Source: an uncultured archaeon
GTDB lineage: Archaea > Iainarchaeota > Iainarchaeia > Iainarchaeales > CSSED10-239
Reading direction: 5' to 3'
Assembly (NCBI GenBank): GCA_964468895.1
Contig: CAYXWT010000006.1
Coordinates: forward strand, 1-30,063
DNA length: 30,063 nt
Positions 1 to 8,475 of the stretch are shown here, piece after piece (position 1 is the first letter of the stretch; every line of letters starts with the position of its first letter). Position numbers and translations under genes: made by a program. Below the pieces are notes generated by a model. The model was not told the origin of the DNA. It ran no database searches and saw nothing but the letters and a program-made list of their open reading frames with translations.

Positions 1-72
1 TTCGCCAACACCAGATCCACCTCTTGAACAAGAGCGTGGATAAAATATAATACTTTTTTTTTTCTTAAACAT
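1..72 (-). CDS. N-terminal fragment of a CDS that runs off the left window edge; function unknown
   Basis: ATG at 72..70. The reverse-strand translation MFKKKKSIIFYPRSCSRGGSGVGE... stays open to position 1. This stretch is locally GC-richer than the flanking spacer. Only 24 codons are visible. Confidence 0.3.
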   Translation of the reverse strand, partial: MFKKKKSIIFYPRSCSRGGSGVGE

Positions 73-112
73 AAAAAAATCTCCTTGCAAATGTAAAATC
101 TAAAAACCAAAC

Positions 113-1288
113 CTAGTTTATCTTGTCTAAATCTTCTAAAAATAAACTATAACTCTCCCAAGAGTTGTTTTTATATATTAGAAAATCATTTTCTAAAATT
201 ATACTAAAAATATTATTTTGCCCTTCTTGTTCTTTGTCTATTAAATATATAGAATATTCTTGATCTTCTATTAATAAACTATTATTTACTTCTCCTATAA
301 ACATACCATTTTGTGGTTCTATAGCAATAGCATCTATATTATTAATATCTAAAATTGTATTAATTTTATTTTTAGATAAAATTATAAAACAATGACCACC
401 AACTTTATTTGTTTGTAAATCATAAGCTTTTCCACAAGCAACATATGGATAATTATAATCATTATACTCTATACCTTCTATACCTTTATCATAATACCAC
501 TCTTCATCTTCATCAATATAATAATTTTTACTTGTATTACTACTTATTATTGGTTCTATAACTATTCTTTTATCTTTAGTTAAATTAGAAGTAATATATC
601 TAAGTTCTGAAGCAAAAAGAAGAGAAAAGTCTTCACAATCTCCTTTTTTAATATCTAAAAAAGATTGTAAACTTTGAAGTTTATCTTCTTTGTTAGTTAT
701 AATTTTGTCTTCTGAGTATTTAAGTTTAAATGTCTTATTGTTTTTTAAATTAATACAAGCTAATTTAATTTTACAAGAAGTACTATTACAAATAATACAA
801 TCTTTTAGCGAAACATCCATTCTATGTTTAATATTATCATCTAGATAATCTATATTTGAATTTAATTTAAACCAATCCATAGATTCTCTAATATCTTTTC
901 TAAAATTATTAAGATCTTGGGAAAGATAATTGTAATTATTTAAAATCACATTATAATCACTTGAAAGATTGTTATAATCTAATATAACTTCTTTTTTAGA
1001 ATTTTGACTAATTTTGTATTCTTCTTTAAGTATATTGTATTCTTTTTCTTTATTATTTAAATTTATTTCTAAAGCTTGTTTTTCAAAATTAGTTTGGTTA
1101 TAATCTTCTTTAATATTATTATAATTATTTAAAACATCTATATATTGTTGATTTTTTAAATTATATTTTGAATCTAAATCATTATATTTAGAAACAGATT
1201 GAATACAAAAAATAGTTAATATTAATATAAGTAAAATTAAAATAACAAATTTATAAGAATGATTTCTTTTTAAGTTCATAAAAAACAA
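113..1288 (-). CDS. Membrane-anchored coiled-coil protein with a C-terminal transglutaminase-like (papain-fold) cysteine protease core
   Basis: N-terminal TM helix (YKFVILILLILILTIFCIQSV). A long Asn/Tyr/Lys-rich heptad-like stalk follows (EYNILKEEYK, DYNNLSSDYNVILNNYNYL). The C-terminal domain has the ordered motifs KKGDCEDFSLLFASELRY (Cys), VGGHCFIIL (His) and AIAIEPQNG (acidic), as in the Transglut_core Cys-His-Asp triad. Stop codon is TAG. Confidence 0.6.
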   Translation of the reverse strand: MFFMNLKRNHSYKFVILILLILILTIFCIQSVSKYNDLDSKYNLKNQQYIDVLNNYNNIKEDYNQTNFEKQALEINLNNKEKEYNILKEEYKISQNSKKEVILDYNNLSSDYNVILNNYNYLSQDLNNFRKDIRESMDWFKLNSNIDYLDDNIKHRMDVSLKDCIICNSTSCKIKLACINLKNNKTFKLKYSEDKIITNKEDKLQSLQSFLDIKKGDCEDFSLLFASELRYITSNLTKDKRIVIEPIISSNTSKNYYIDEDEEWYYDKGIEGIEYNDYNYPYVACGKAYDLQTNKVGGHCFIILSKNKINTILDINNIDAIAIEPQNGMFIGEVNNSLLIEDQEYSIYLIDKEQEGQNNIFSIILENDFLIYKNNSWESYSLFLEDLDKIN

Positions 1289-1519
1289 TAAGAATTTATT
1301 TATTTATTTAATATATATTAAACCAATTATAGCATAATATTTTAGATAATTTAATTATAATATATAACTAAGTAACAATTTATATTATTTTCTAATAAAA
1401 CAAATTAATTTTATGTAGAATACAAAACAAATATATACTTAAAACTAGAAAACTAATTTTATAATTTAAAAAATAGAAATTTATAAATTTAATATCTTTA
1501 AAAAAAAAGATATTAAAAT

Positions 1520-2293
1520 TTATTGTGGATATATAATTTCAAGAGCATAACCTGTAGAATCATTATAACTAACATTTTCAAACTCAGAATTTATAAAACC
1601 GTCTTCCCAATACTTTGTTTTATTATAAACAGTACTATCAGGATAAACTTCTTTTGATAATTCTTCACCTAAAACTCCATTCTCATAATAGTATTGATTT
1701 GATTGATAATAATTACCATCTTTTTTTTCAAAATAAGTTTTCAAAACTAAATCTCCATCTGTATCAATTGTAGTATCTGAATATCTAAAATCCTCATTAT
1801 TATTTTGAAAAACTTTTTCTTGGTAAAAATCAGCATCATTTAAAACAAAGTTAAATTGATCATAATTTTGAACAATACTATCAGGATTTGTTTTTTCTGT
1901 ATAATTATTATAAACTTTGCCATCGTAATACATTTCTCTATTATAATAAGTACTATCTGACCATTCTTCTTTATATATTATAACTTCAGGATTATTATCT
2001 TTATCAAATCTTTGATAATTTGAAATTTTCACATTACCTAAATCATCTACAGTGTATATTTCATTAATAGTGGTTATATCATTACTACTGTAAGTTGTAA
2101 CATATCCATTTCCTTTACCTAAAGGCTGTGCTGGAATCACAACAACATCATAAGTTTCATAGTCTAAATCATTATAGGTTGGGTAATATGATGTATCTTC
2201 TACATCTTCTGCAAAAACAATATTTATATTTAAAAGTAATATAAATACAAAAAAGATATTAATTCCTAATATTAATTTTTTATTTAAATTCAT
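1520..2293 (-). CDS. Secreted Y/N/D-rich repeat protein, paralog 1 of a five-member tandem family
   Basis: Signal peptide MNLNKKLILGINIFFVFILLLNINIVFA|ED. The mature part is Tyr/Asn/Asp/Glu-rich with recurring x-D-S-T motifs (WSDSTYYN, YPDSTVYN, YNDSTGYA) and Y-x-(D/N)-G hairpin-like repeats. GGAGGG lies 8 nt upstream of the ATG. Confidence 0.75.
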   Translation of the reverse strand: MNLNKKLILGINIFFVFILLLNINIVFAEDVEDTSYYPTYNDLDYETYDVVVIPAQPLGKGNGYVTTYSSNDITTINEIYTVDDLGNVKISNYQRFDKDNNPEVIIYKEEWSDSTYYNREMYYDGKVYNNYTEKTNPDSIVQNYDQFNFVLNDADFYQEKVFQNNNEDFRYSDTTIDTDGDLVLKTYFEKKDGNYYQSNQYYYENGVLGEELSKEVYPDSTVYNKTKYWEDGFINSEFENVSYNDSTGYALEIIYPQ

Positions 2294-2301
2294 ATTTTAA
2301 T

Positions 2302-2307
2302 CCCTCC
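2302..2307 (-). promoter_or_regulatory. Shine-Dalgarno-like GGAGGG, 8 nt upstream of the ATG at 2293
   Basis: The plus strand reads ccctcc at 2302-2307. The same GGAG-type element with 5-9 nt spacing recurs before several other genes in the window. Confidence 0.5.
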
Positions 2308-2460
2308 AATAAATAATATATTATAAGATTTTTAAAATTGGTTTCGGTGTAATTTTATAACTTGTTTTAGTTAATAATATTAGGTAGCGTTAACTATATA
2401 AATATAAGTTTTATAATATATTAAATGAAATTTACATTAAAAACACTAAACAAAAACATA

Positions 2461-3006
2461 TTATTCCAAAAAACCAGAATATTCATCTATAAAACCATAA
2501 TCTAAATACTTATTATAATATTCATAACCTTTATTAAATTCATTATTAGGAAATTCTACTCTTTTATATTCATACCTATCAAAATTAGATTCAGGTCTTG
2601 AATCATATATTTCTATAGAAGTTATAGTACTATCACTATTTACGTTTTCTAAATAGTTTCTAGAATAATCTAACTTTGAATAATTTACTTCTACGTTATA
2701 AGTTCCATCTCTATAATCAGTTTCATAATAACTTATAGTGGGGTATCTAGTATCATCAAAAACTTTAAAATCAGTTATTGTACTATCGTTATATACTTTT
2801 TGTTCTAAATTATAATTATATTCTTTATTTTTATAAATTGTATGTGGATTATTAGTTCCATCTCCAACATTTCGTAACGTTTCTTGATCTGATGAAGACC
2901 AATTAACCATGTCAAACCAACCTAAATCTTGCGCAAATATTACATTTACATATAAACATAATATTAGTAAAATAAATATATAAAAAAAACTTTTTTTAAA
3001 CTTCAT
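2461..3006 (-). CDS. Secreted Y/N/D-rich repeat protein, paralog 2 (short member)
   Basis: Signal peptide MKFKKSFFYIFILLILCLYVNVIFA|QD. The mature N-terminus (W..MVNWSS..GDG..P.T.Y...YNDSTITDF) aligns by eye with paralog 4 (W..IDWSN..GDG..PNTLY...YNDSTVTEI). It also carries NSDSTITSIEIYD. Confidence 0.7.
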   Translation of the reverse strand: MKFKKSFFYIFILLILCLYVNVIFAQDLGWFDMVNWSSSDQETLRNVGDGTNNPHTIYKNKEYNYNLEQKVYNDSTITDFKVFDDTRYPTISYYETDYRDGTYNVEVNYSKLDYSRNYLENVNSDSTITSIEIYDSRPESNFDRYEYKRVEFPNNEFNKGYEYYNKYLDYGFIDEYSGFLE

Positions 3007-3045
3007 TATAATTTTATTCTACAAAATTTATTTAAATATATTGAA

Positions 3046-3978
3046 TTATTTTTTAGTATATTTATTTAAAGTACCATCTTCATTATATTCTTTATAAAAA
3101 TTATAATTTCTAGAATTATCTTCTGTAAACTCTACAGTACCCATTTCAATGTAAAGATCTTCATCATTAAAATAATCTATATCTGTATCATCAAAATATT
3201 TTCTATTTGAATTAATAGTACTATCAGAATTAACAAACTGGTATTCTACACCTTCTCCAAAATTTTCTATATACTTCTTTTCTAATTGATATTTTTCATC
3301 ATCAGTTTTCTCTTTATAGAAAATTATCTCTTTATCATTTTCAGTATTAATATGTTTTTTAACATTGTAATCATCATTTTCATAAATTACAAAATTATGA
3401 GAGATTTTATTTCCTTTGTAATCAGAACGAATATTATCTTCACAAACAAAACTATCTGGATTTGCATATTCATATACAAGTAATTCTTTTTCACCTTTAT
3501 CAGTATAATTATATATTTCTTTATGATAATCATTTTTTGTTTTGGTAATAGAATAAGTTTTATCTAAAGTTCTATCATCATTAAATTCAAATGCTCTTAT
3601 GTTTTCATTATTTTTATATTTTTCATAGTAATAATTATAACTTGGAACAACATCTGTATTATAACTAGTATTATAGCCTACAATTTCAATGAATTCGCCT
3701 TTTTTAGGTGTATAAATATTTTGAATAGAATCATCTTTATCATCGTAATTTACATTTTGTGTTAATTGTACTGAACCACGATAATTTTCATATTCAATTT
3801 CATCTTGACTATTAAAAAAACTAACATCTAAATCCCTAGCATTATCATAAACAACATCAAATTGAGAATCTCGATAAAAATAGTTTTCAGATTCTGCAAA
3901 AACTAAATTTATATTTAATATTAATATAAATATTAAAATAATACTACTTAAAATTGTAAATCTTTTATTTAGATTCAT
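3046..3978 (-). CDS. Secreted Y/N/D-rich repeat protein, paralog 3
   Basis: The ORF track begins at 3984 (MYMNLNK). The second ATG at 3978 gives MNLNKRFTILSSIILIFILILNINLVFA|ES, which matches the family signal peptide and sits at proper spacing from AGGTGA. Contains NSDSTINSN and NPDSFV motifs. Confidence 0.7.
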   Translation of the reverse strand: MNLNKRFTILSSIILIFILILNINLVFAESENYFYRDSQFDVVYDNARDLDVSFFNSQDEIEYENYRGSVQLTQNVNYDDKDDSIQNIYTPKKGEFIEIVGYNTSYNTDVVPSYNYYYEKYKNNENIRAFEFNDDRTLDKTYSITKTKNDYHKEIYNYTDKGEKELLVYEYANPDSFVCEDNIRSDYKGNKISHNFVIYENDDYNVKKHINTENDKEIIFYKEKTDDEKYQLEKKYIENFGEGVEYQFVNSDSTINSNRKYFDDTDIDYFNDEDLYIEMGTVEFTEDNSRNYNFYKEYNEDGTLNKYTKK

Positions 3979-4142
3979 ATACATTCACCTTTTTTATTTT
4001 TTTACAAAATAAAACTCATAACCACTAATTCGATAATTATACTAGGTTACATTATAAACAATATAAGTTTAATTAGATTTATAAAGATATTGAAAAAATA
4101 AGAAAAAAAGAAAATTAAATATATAATAATTATATATTTAAA

Positions 4143-5231
4143 TTATCTTGGTAAATTATACTCAACATTTATTAAACTATTTTCATAGTCAGGATGATTA
4201 ACTTTAAGATTATAAAGATTATCACTCCCGTCATATTGACTTTCTATATTAATATAAAAGTCAGTATTTGGATTTAAATTTTGAGTGTCAGTACCAACAT
4301 GACTATAATCTATATTATAGATATTTTCATAGTCATAAATAACTGTTTGATCAGAATCAACAATATTTTGTCTATTAATTAAAAATTCTATACCATCTGA
4401 AGAAGTTGAATCTTTTTGAACAGCATTATAAGTTAAACCTTCTTGATTATCATGAAAGGTATAATTAGAATTATGAAAATCAGATTCTTCAAATTCACTC
4501 TTTAAACTTCCATCAGGATAATATGTTTTATTAAATTTAGAATAAGGAGAAACATGAGAGTTAGTACCTTCTCTTTCTAAAGTTCCATCAGGATAATAAT
4601 ATTGATATTCAATAAGTGTATCGTCATCAAAATTCTTATATTCTTTTTCTAAAGTACCATCTGGATGATATTCTCTTCCACTTTTTAAACCAGGTGTAAA
4701 AATCATATCAGTTACAGATCCATCATCATAAGTATGTTTAAGATGATTTTTATAATCTCCATTAGAATATTCTACATTATCATTTTCAAGTTTACCTAAA
4801 TAAATATCTTCATTATAAGATTGAATTCTTGTACTGTCAGCATTTGAAGTCACATAGTTAGATTTATACATATAACCATCATCTAAATATTCTTTATCTT
4901 CAAATTTATAGTTTCCATTTGGATAATCTACTTCAGATCTATAGTAACCAAGATCTCCATTTTCGTTAAATTCAGTAATTTCAGTTACAGTACTATCATT
5001 ATATGTACTTTGTAATAATTCATAATCATCTGTTACATCATAATATAATGTGTTTGGAGCTGAATACCCATCACCTGCATGGTAATTTGTTGTACCACTC
5101 TCATTTGACCAATCTATTTTATCCCAATATTGTCCATGTATATAATCTGCAGAAACTATACTTATATTTAAAAGTAATATAAATACAAAAAATATACTAC
5201 TGACAATTGTTAATTTTTTATTTAATGTCAT
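4143..5231 (-). CDS. Secreted Y/N/D-rich repeat protein, paralog 4 (longest; MORN-variant/YD-like hairpin repeats)
   Basis: Signal peptide MTLNKKLTIVSSIFFVFILLLNISIVSA|DY. Repeats include EYHPDGTLEKEYKNF, YYYPDGTLEREG, TYYPDGSLKSEFEE and VDYPNGNYKFEDKEY. Also has YNDSTVTE and NADSTRIQ. GGGG lies 9 nt upstream of the ATG. Confidence 0.75.
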   Translation of the reverse strand: MTLNKKLTIVSSIFFVFILLLNISIVSADYIHGQYWDKIDWSNESGTTNYHAGDGYSAPNTLYYDVTDDYELLQSTYNDSTVTEITEFNENGDLGYYRSEVDYPNGNYKFEDKEYLDDGYMYKSNYVTSNADSTRIQSYNEDIYLGKLENDNVEYSNGDYKNHLKHTYDDGSVTDMIFTPGLKSGREYHPDGTLEKEYKNFDDDTLIEYQYYYPDGTLEREGTNSHVSPYSKFNKTYYPDGSLKSEFEESDFHNSNYTFHDNQEGLTYNAVQKDSTSSDGIEFLINRQNIVDSDQTVIYDYENIYNIDYSHVGTDTQNLNPNTDFYINIESQYDGSDNLYNLKVNHPDYENSLINVEYNLPR

Positions 5232-5284
5232 ATTTTATTTCCCCTTTAACTTTTTATTTATTTTTTATTTAATTTAAAATATTA

Positions 5285-6085
5285 TTATTTATTTTCTAAA
5301 TATTTATTTATTTCATAAGATCTATCCCAAAAAAATGTTTTATCAGGATCTTGATTTATTTCTGGTAAATCATTAGATAACAAACTTTCTTTTTTATCAA
5401 AATCAACATAATATATTCTATCATTAGAATAAAAAGTATCATTTGGTAAATCACTTGCTCTTTTATAAGAACCTTTATAAACAGCAATATTATCTAAGTC
5501 ACCATTACTATAAGTTTCTGTATAAAATGTAGAATTCTGATTCTCTGTATTTAAATTATCTAAAATAAATTTATCTCTTTTGTACATTTCATCATTAACA
5601 TAATAATATTCTTTATTAGTTAATATGGAATTTTGATTATGTATAGAATCTTCCATTTCATATTTACCATCCAAATATCTCTTAGTAAATTCAGATTTAC
5701 TAGTACCATCAGGATATGCAACTTCATAAATATTTGAAAAAGACTCATCATTATATTCTTCTTCTATATTATATAAAGTACTATCAGAATATACTTCAAC
5801 AGATGTATTTGAACTTTTCTCAAAAGTACCATCTTGTAAATATTGAGATTTAGTAGAATAACTAGATTCTAACAAAGTATCATTTTCAGGATAGTAAATA
5901 ATATTTTCATAAGATTTAAAGATAGGACCATTTTCAGTATCATACCATGTTGTAATATAATCTTGATTTCCACAACTTATAGTATCACAGAATGTATCCT
6001 CTGCAAAAACTATATTTACATTTAAAAGTAATATAAACACAAAAAATATACTACTTCCTAATATTAATTTTTTATTTAATTTCAT
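5285..6085 (-). CDS. Secreted Y/N/D-rich repeat protein, paralog 5
   Basis: The ORF track starts at 6133. The internal ATG at 6085 gives MKLNKKLILGSSIFFVFILLLNVNIVFA|ED, nearly identical to the paralog 1 leader, and is preceded by GGAG with an 8-nt spacer. Contains VAYPDGTSKSEFTKRYLDGKYEMED and YSDSTLYN. Confidence 0.75.
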   Translation of the reverse strand: MKLNKKLILGSSIFFVFILLLNVNIVFAEDTFCDTISCGNQDYITTWYDTENGPIFKSYENIIYYPENDTLLESSYSTKSQYLQDGTFEKSSNTSVEVYSDSTLYNIEEEYNDESFSNIYEVAYPDGTSKSEFTKRYLDGKYEMEDSIHNQNSILTNKEYYYVNDEMYKRDKFILDNLNTENQNSTFYTETYSNGDLDNIAVYKGSYKRASDLPNDTFYSNDRIYYVDFDKKESLLSNDLPEINQDPDKTFFWDRSYEINKYLENK

Positions 6086-6093
6086 ATTTATTT

Positions 6094-6097
6094 CTCC
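6094..6097 (-). promoter_or_regulatory. Shine-Dalgarno-like GGAG, 8 nt upstream of the ATG at 6085
   Basis: The plus strand reads ctcc at 6094-6097. This supports the internal start over the ORF-track start at 6133. Confidence 0.45.
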
Positions 6098-6316
6098 ATA
6101 AAATTTTAAATCTATACAAATGTAATTATACAATGTTAATTAGTAATATATTTGTGGTTGAGTAAAGTTTATATATCTATTTAATTTAAAATTAAATATA
6201 AGTCTTTATATTTACTATTAAAATCTTTTCTAAATTTGTAATTATATTCTATATAATAGTTATAAATACTAAATTATATTATTTAAAAAACAGATCTAAA
6301 ATCATAAAATTTTAAA

Positions 6317-6991
6317 TTAAATTTTTTTAGCAGAAATTATTAAACTTCTTGCTAAAAACCTTCTTTCTTTTGTAATAAAAGGTGGTATAAAATTTACAAA
6401 GCAATGAGAATTAATTTTAAATTTTAAATTTTTTAACATTTTAGATAGTTGCAACCATTTAAAATTATGTAAATGTGGGTTTTCAAATTTAAATTGTAAC
6501 CAAAAAAGTAATGTTTGAACTGGATTAATATCCCCTCTAATTCTTTCTTGAGGAACAACCAAAACAAGTTTACCATTCTTTTTTAATAAATTAAATAACT
6601 TATTTAAAACTAAATCTGGTTTTTTAGTATGTTCTAAAACATGAGAACAAAGTACAATATCTATTTTAGAATTATATTTTTTAAAAAAAGCTTTATTAAT
6701 AAGTTCAGTTTTAAGATTTTTTTCTTTACAAATTAATAAAGCATCTTTATTAATATCTGCAGAAATAACTTTTGAATGATACTTATCTAATATCATTTCA
6801 CTAAGATAACCAGTATTACAACCATAATCAACAACAACATCTTTTTTAGAAGAATTAATTAACTCTAAAATCTTATTATGTTCATAAATTCCAAATCTTA
6901 AAATTTTTCTATTAAATAAATTAACTGTTTTGTCAGTAATTTGTGCATAAAGTAAATTATATTTGCTTTTACTAGTTTTTTTAGAATTCAC
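6317..6991 (-). CDS. Class I SAM-dependent methyltransferase (Methyltransf_11-like)
   Basis: Motif I is VVVDYGCNTGYL. The post-I acidic residue is in VISADIN. IDIVLCSHVLEHTKKPDLVLNKLFNLLKKNGKLVLVVP is typical of small-molecule or lipid methyltransferases. The apparent start is GTG, so the start is uncertain. Confidence 0.8.
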   Translation of the reverse strand: MNSKKTSKSKYNLLYAQITDKTVNLFNRKILRFGIYEHNKILELINSSKKDVVVDYGCNTGYLSEMILDKYHSKVISADINKDALLICKEKNLKTELINKAFFKKYNSKIDIVLCSHVLEHTKKPDLVLNKLFNLLKKNGKLVLVVPQERIRGDINPVQTLLFWLQFKFENPHLHNFKWLQLSKMLKNLKFKINSHCFVNFIPPFITKERRFLARSLIISAKKI

Positions 6992-7193
6992 ATTTCATCA
7001 GATTTTATTTTTAACAATAATATCATAGTTTCACAAAATCATTTTTATTGAAAAAGTTTTTAAATTTAATAATAATAATACTTAAAAGAAAACATAACAT
7101 ATAATTAATTAAATTAACAAGTAATTATAAAGTTATTTAAAAAAAGATTATATTTATAATATAATTCTGTAATAATATTTATAGAGATTTGTT

Positions 7194-8399
7194 ATGTTTA
7201 AGCTTGTATTTAAAAAAGATGAACTTAAATTCCTATTACCTTTTTATTTATATATTTTTATTAACAGAGCATTTAAACTTATATCTTTGTTTTCTGTATT
7301 ATATTTTTTAGAAATTGGTTTAGGAATATTACAAATTAGCTTTATAATGTCTATAAACTATGTTGCACAGTTAATATTTGAAATACCAACTGGTGCTATT
7401 TCTGATATATTTGGAAGAAAATTTTCTGTACTATTAAGTTTTACTGGGATAAGTATTTGTTTGATTTTGGTTCCTTTCACATCAAATTATTATGTAATAT
7501 AATTATTATATTTTGGATATGGCTTTTTTAGAACATTTAAATCTGGTTCTAACCAATCTTGGGTAATAGACAATTTAAAATATCATAATAAAGGCAATCT
7601 AATTAAAGAATTTTATACTAAAAGACATAGTATAATAAATTTAGGACTTTGTTTAACTGGTATTATAGGATCTATTTTTAGAGCATTATTTGGATTAAAA
7701 TGTATTTGGTTTATTGGAGCTTTAGGAAATATATTTAGTTTTGTAATTTTATATTTTACTAAAGAATATAAAACAGATAATAAAATTGAAAAAACTAATA
7801 AAAACAATATCTTGAATAAGATAAAAGAATCTTTCATATATATTCAAAAAAATAAAATTGTATTTATTTTACTTTTAAGTTCATTTTTATTAAGTGTTTC
7901 TACATGTCTTAGAGGCTTTAAATTGGTTTGGGTAATTTTATTTACAGATTTAGGATTAAGTGCGGTTATTATTGGTCTAATAAATAGTGTTTCAGCAATA
8001 GGAGGAATATTTTTACCATATACTTCAAAATATTTTTCAAAATTAATAAAATCAGAAAGCAAGTTAATAGCCACTATGTTTTTTATTCAAATACTAGCAC
8101 TATTTAGTATATTTTTTGTAAATGACTACATTTCAGCAATAATACTATTTTTAATAATTTACATTATAATAGATATTATAAGTCCTATTAGAAATTATTT
8201 CTTCCAAAAACAAGTTAATAGTAAAATAAGAGCAACACTTACATCTACAGAAAATATGTTTAAATCTATAGCTTATATTATTGGTGTACCTCTTGCAGCA
8301 TATTTTATAGAAACAGTAGGAGTCAATTTAACTTTTGTGTTTAGTGGTGTTATACTAATTCCCTTTGTTATATTACTTTATAAATTAAAAAACAATTGA
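7194..8399 (+). pseudogene. MFS transporter: a 402-codon frame interrupted by one in-frame TAA at 7500-7502
   Basis: ORFs 7194..7502 and 7812..8399 are in the same frame. I translated 7503-7811 by hand and found no stop (LLYFGYGFFRTFKSGSNQSWVIDNLKYHNKGNLIKEFYTKRHSIINLGLCLTGIIGSIFRALFGLKCIWFIGALGNIFSFVILYF...). MFS motif A is PTGAISDIFGRKFSVLL. The total length of about 400 aa with about 12 hydrophobic segments fits a complete MFS protein. Confidence 0.6.
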
Positions 8400-8475
8400 T
8401 AATATAAATAGTTTTAGGATTATATTTAATATAAATATTTTAAATTATTAAAATAAATTAAAACAATATGATTAT

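Noticed and set aside
3286-3483. 65-aa plus-strand ORF inside paralog 3
   Set aside because: It lies antisense to a well-supported secreted-protein gene. Its translation is Ile/Phe-rich and low-complexity, which is the expected mirror of an Asn/Tyr/Asp-rich AT-rich gene. It has no SD-like element.
7613-8074. Two minus-strand ORFs (7613..7837 and 7844..8074) inside the MFS frame
   Set aside because: Both lie antisense to the MFS transporter frame, which carries a clear family motif. Both are short, hydrophobic and low-complexity, and neither has supporting signals.
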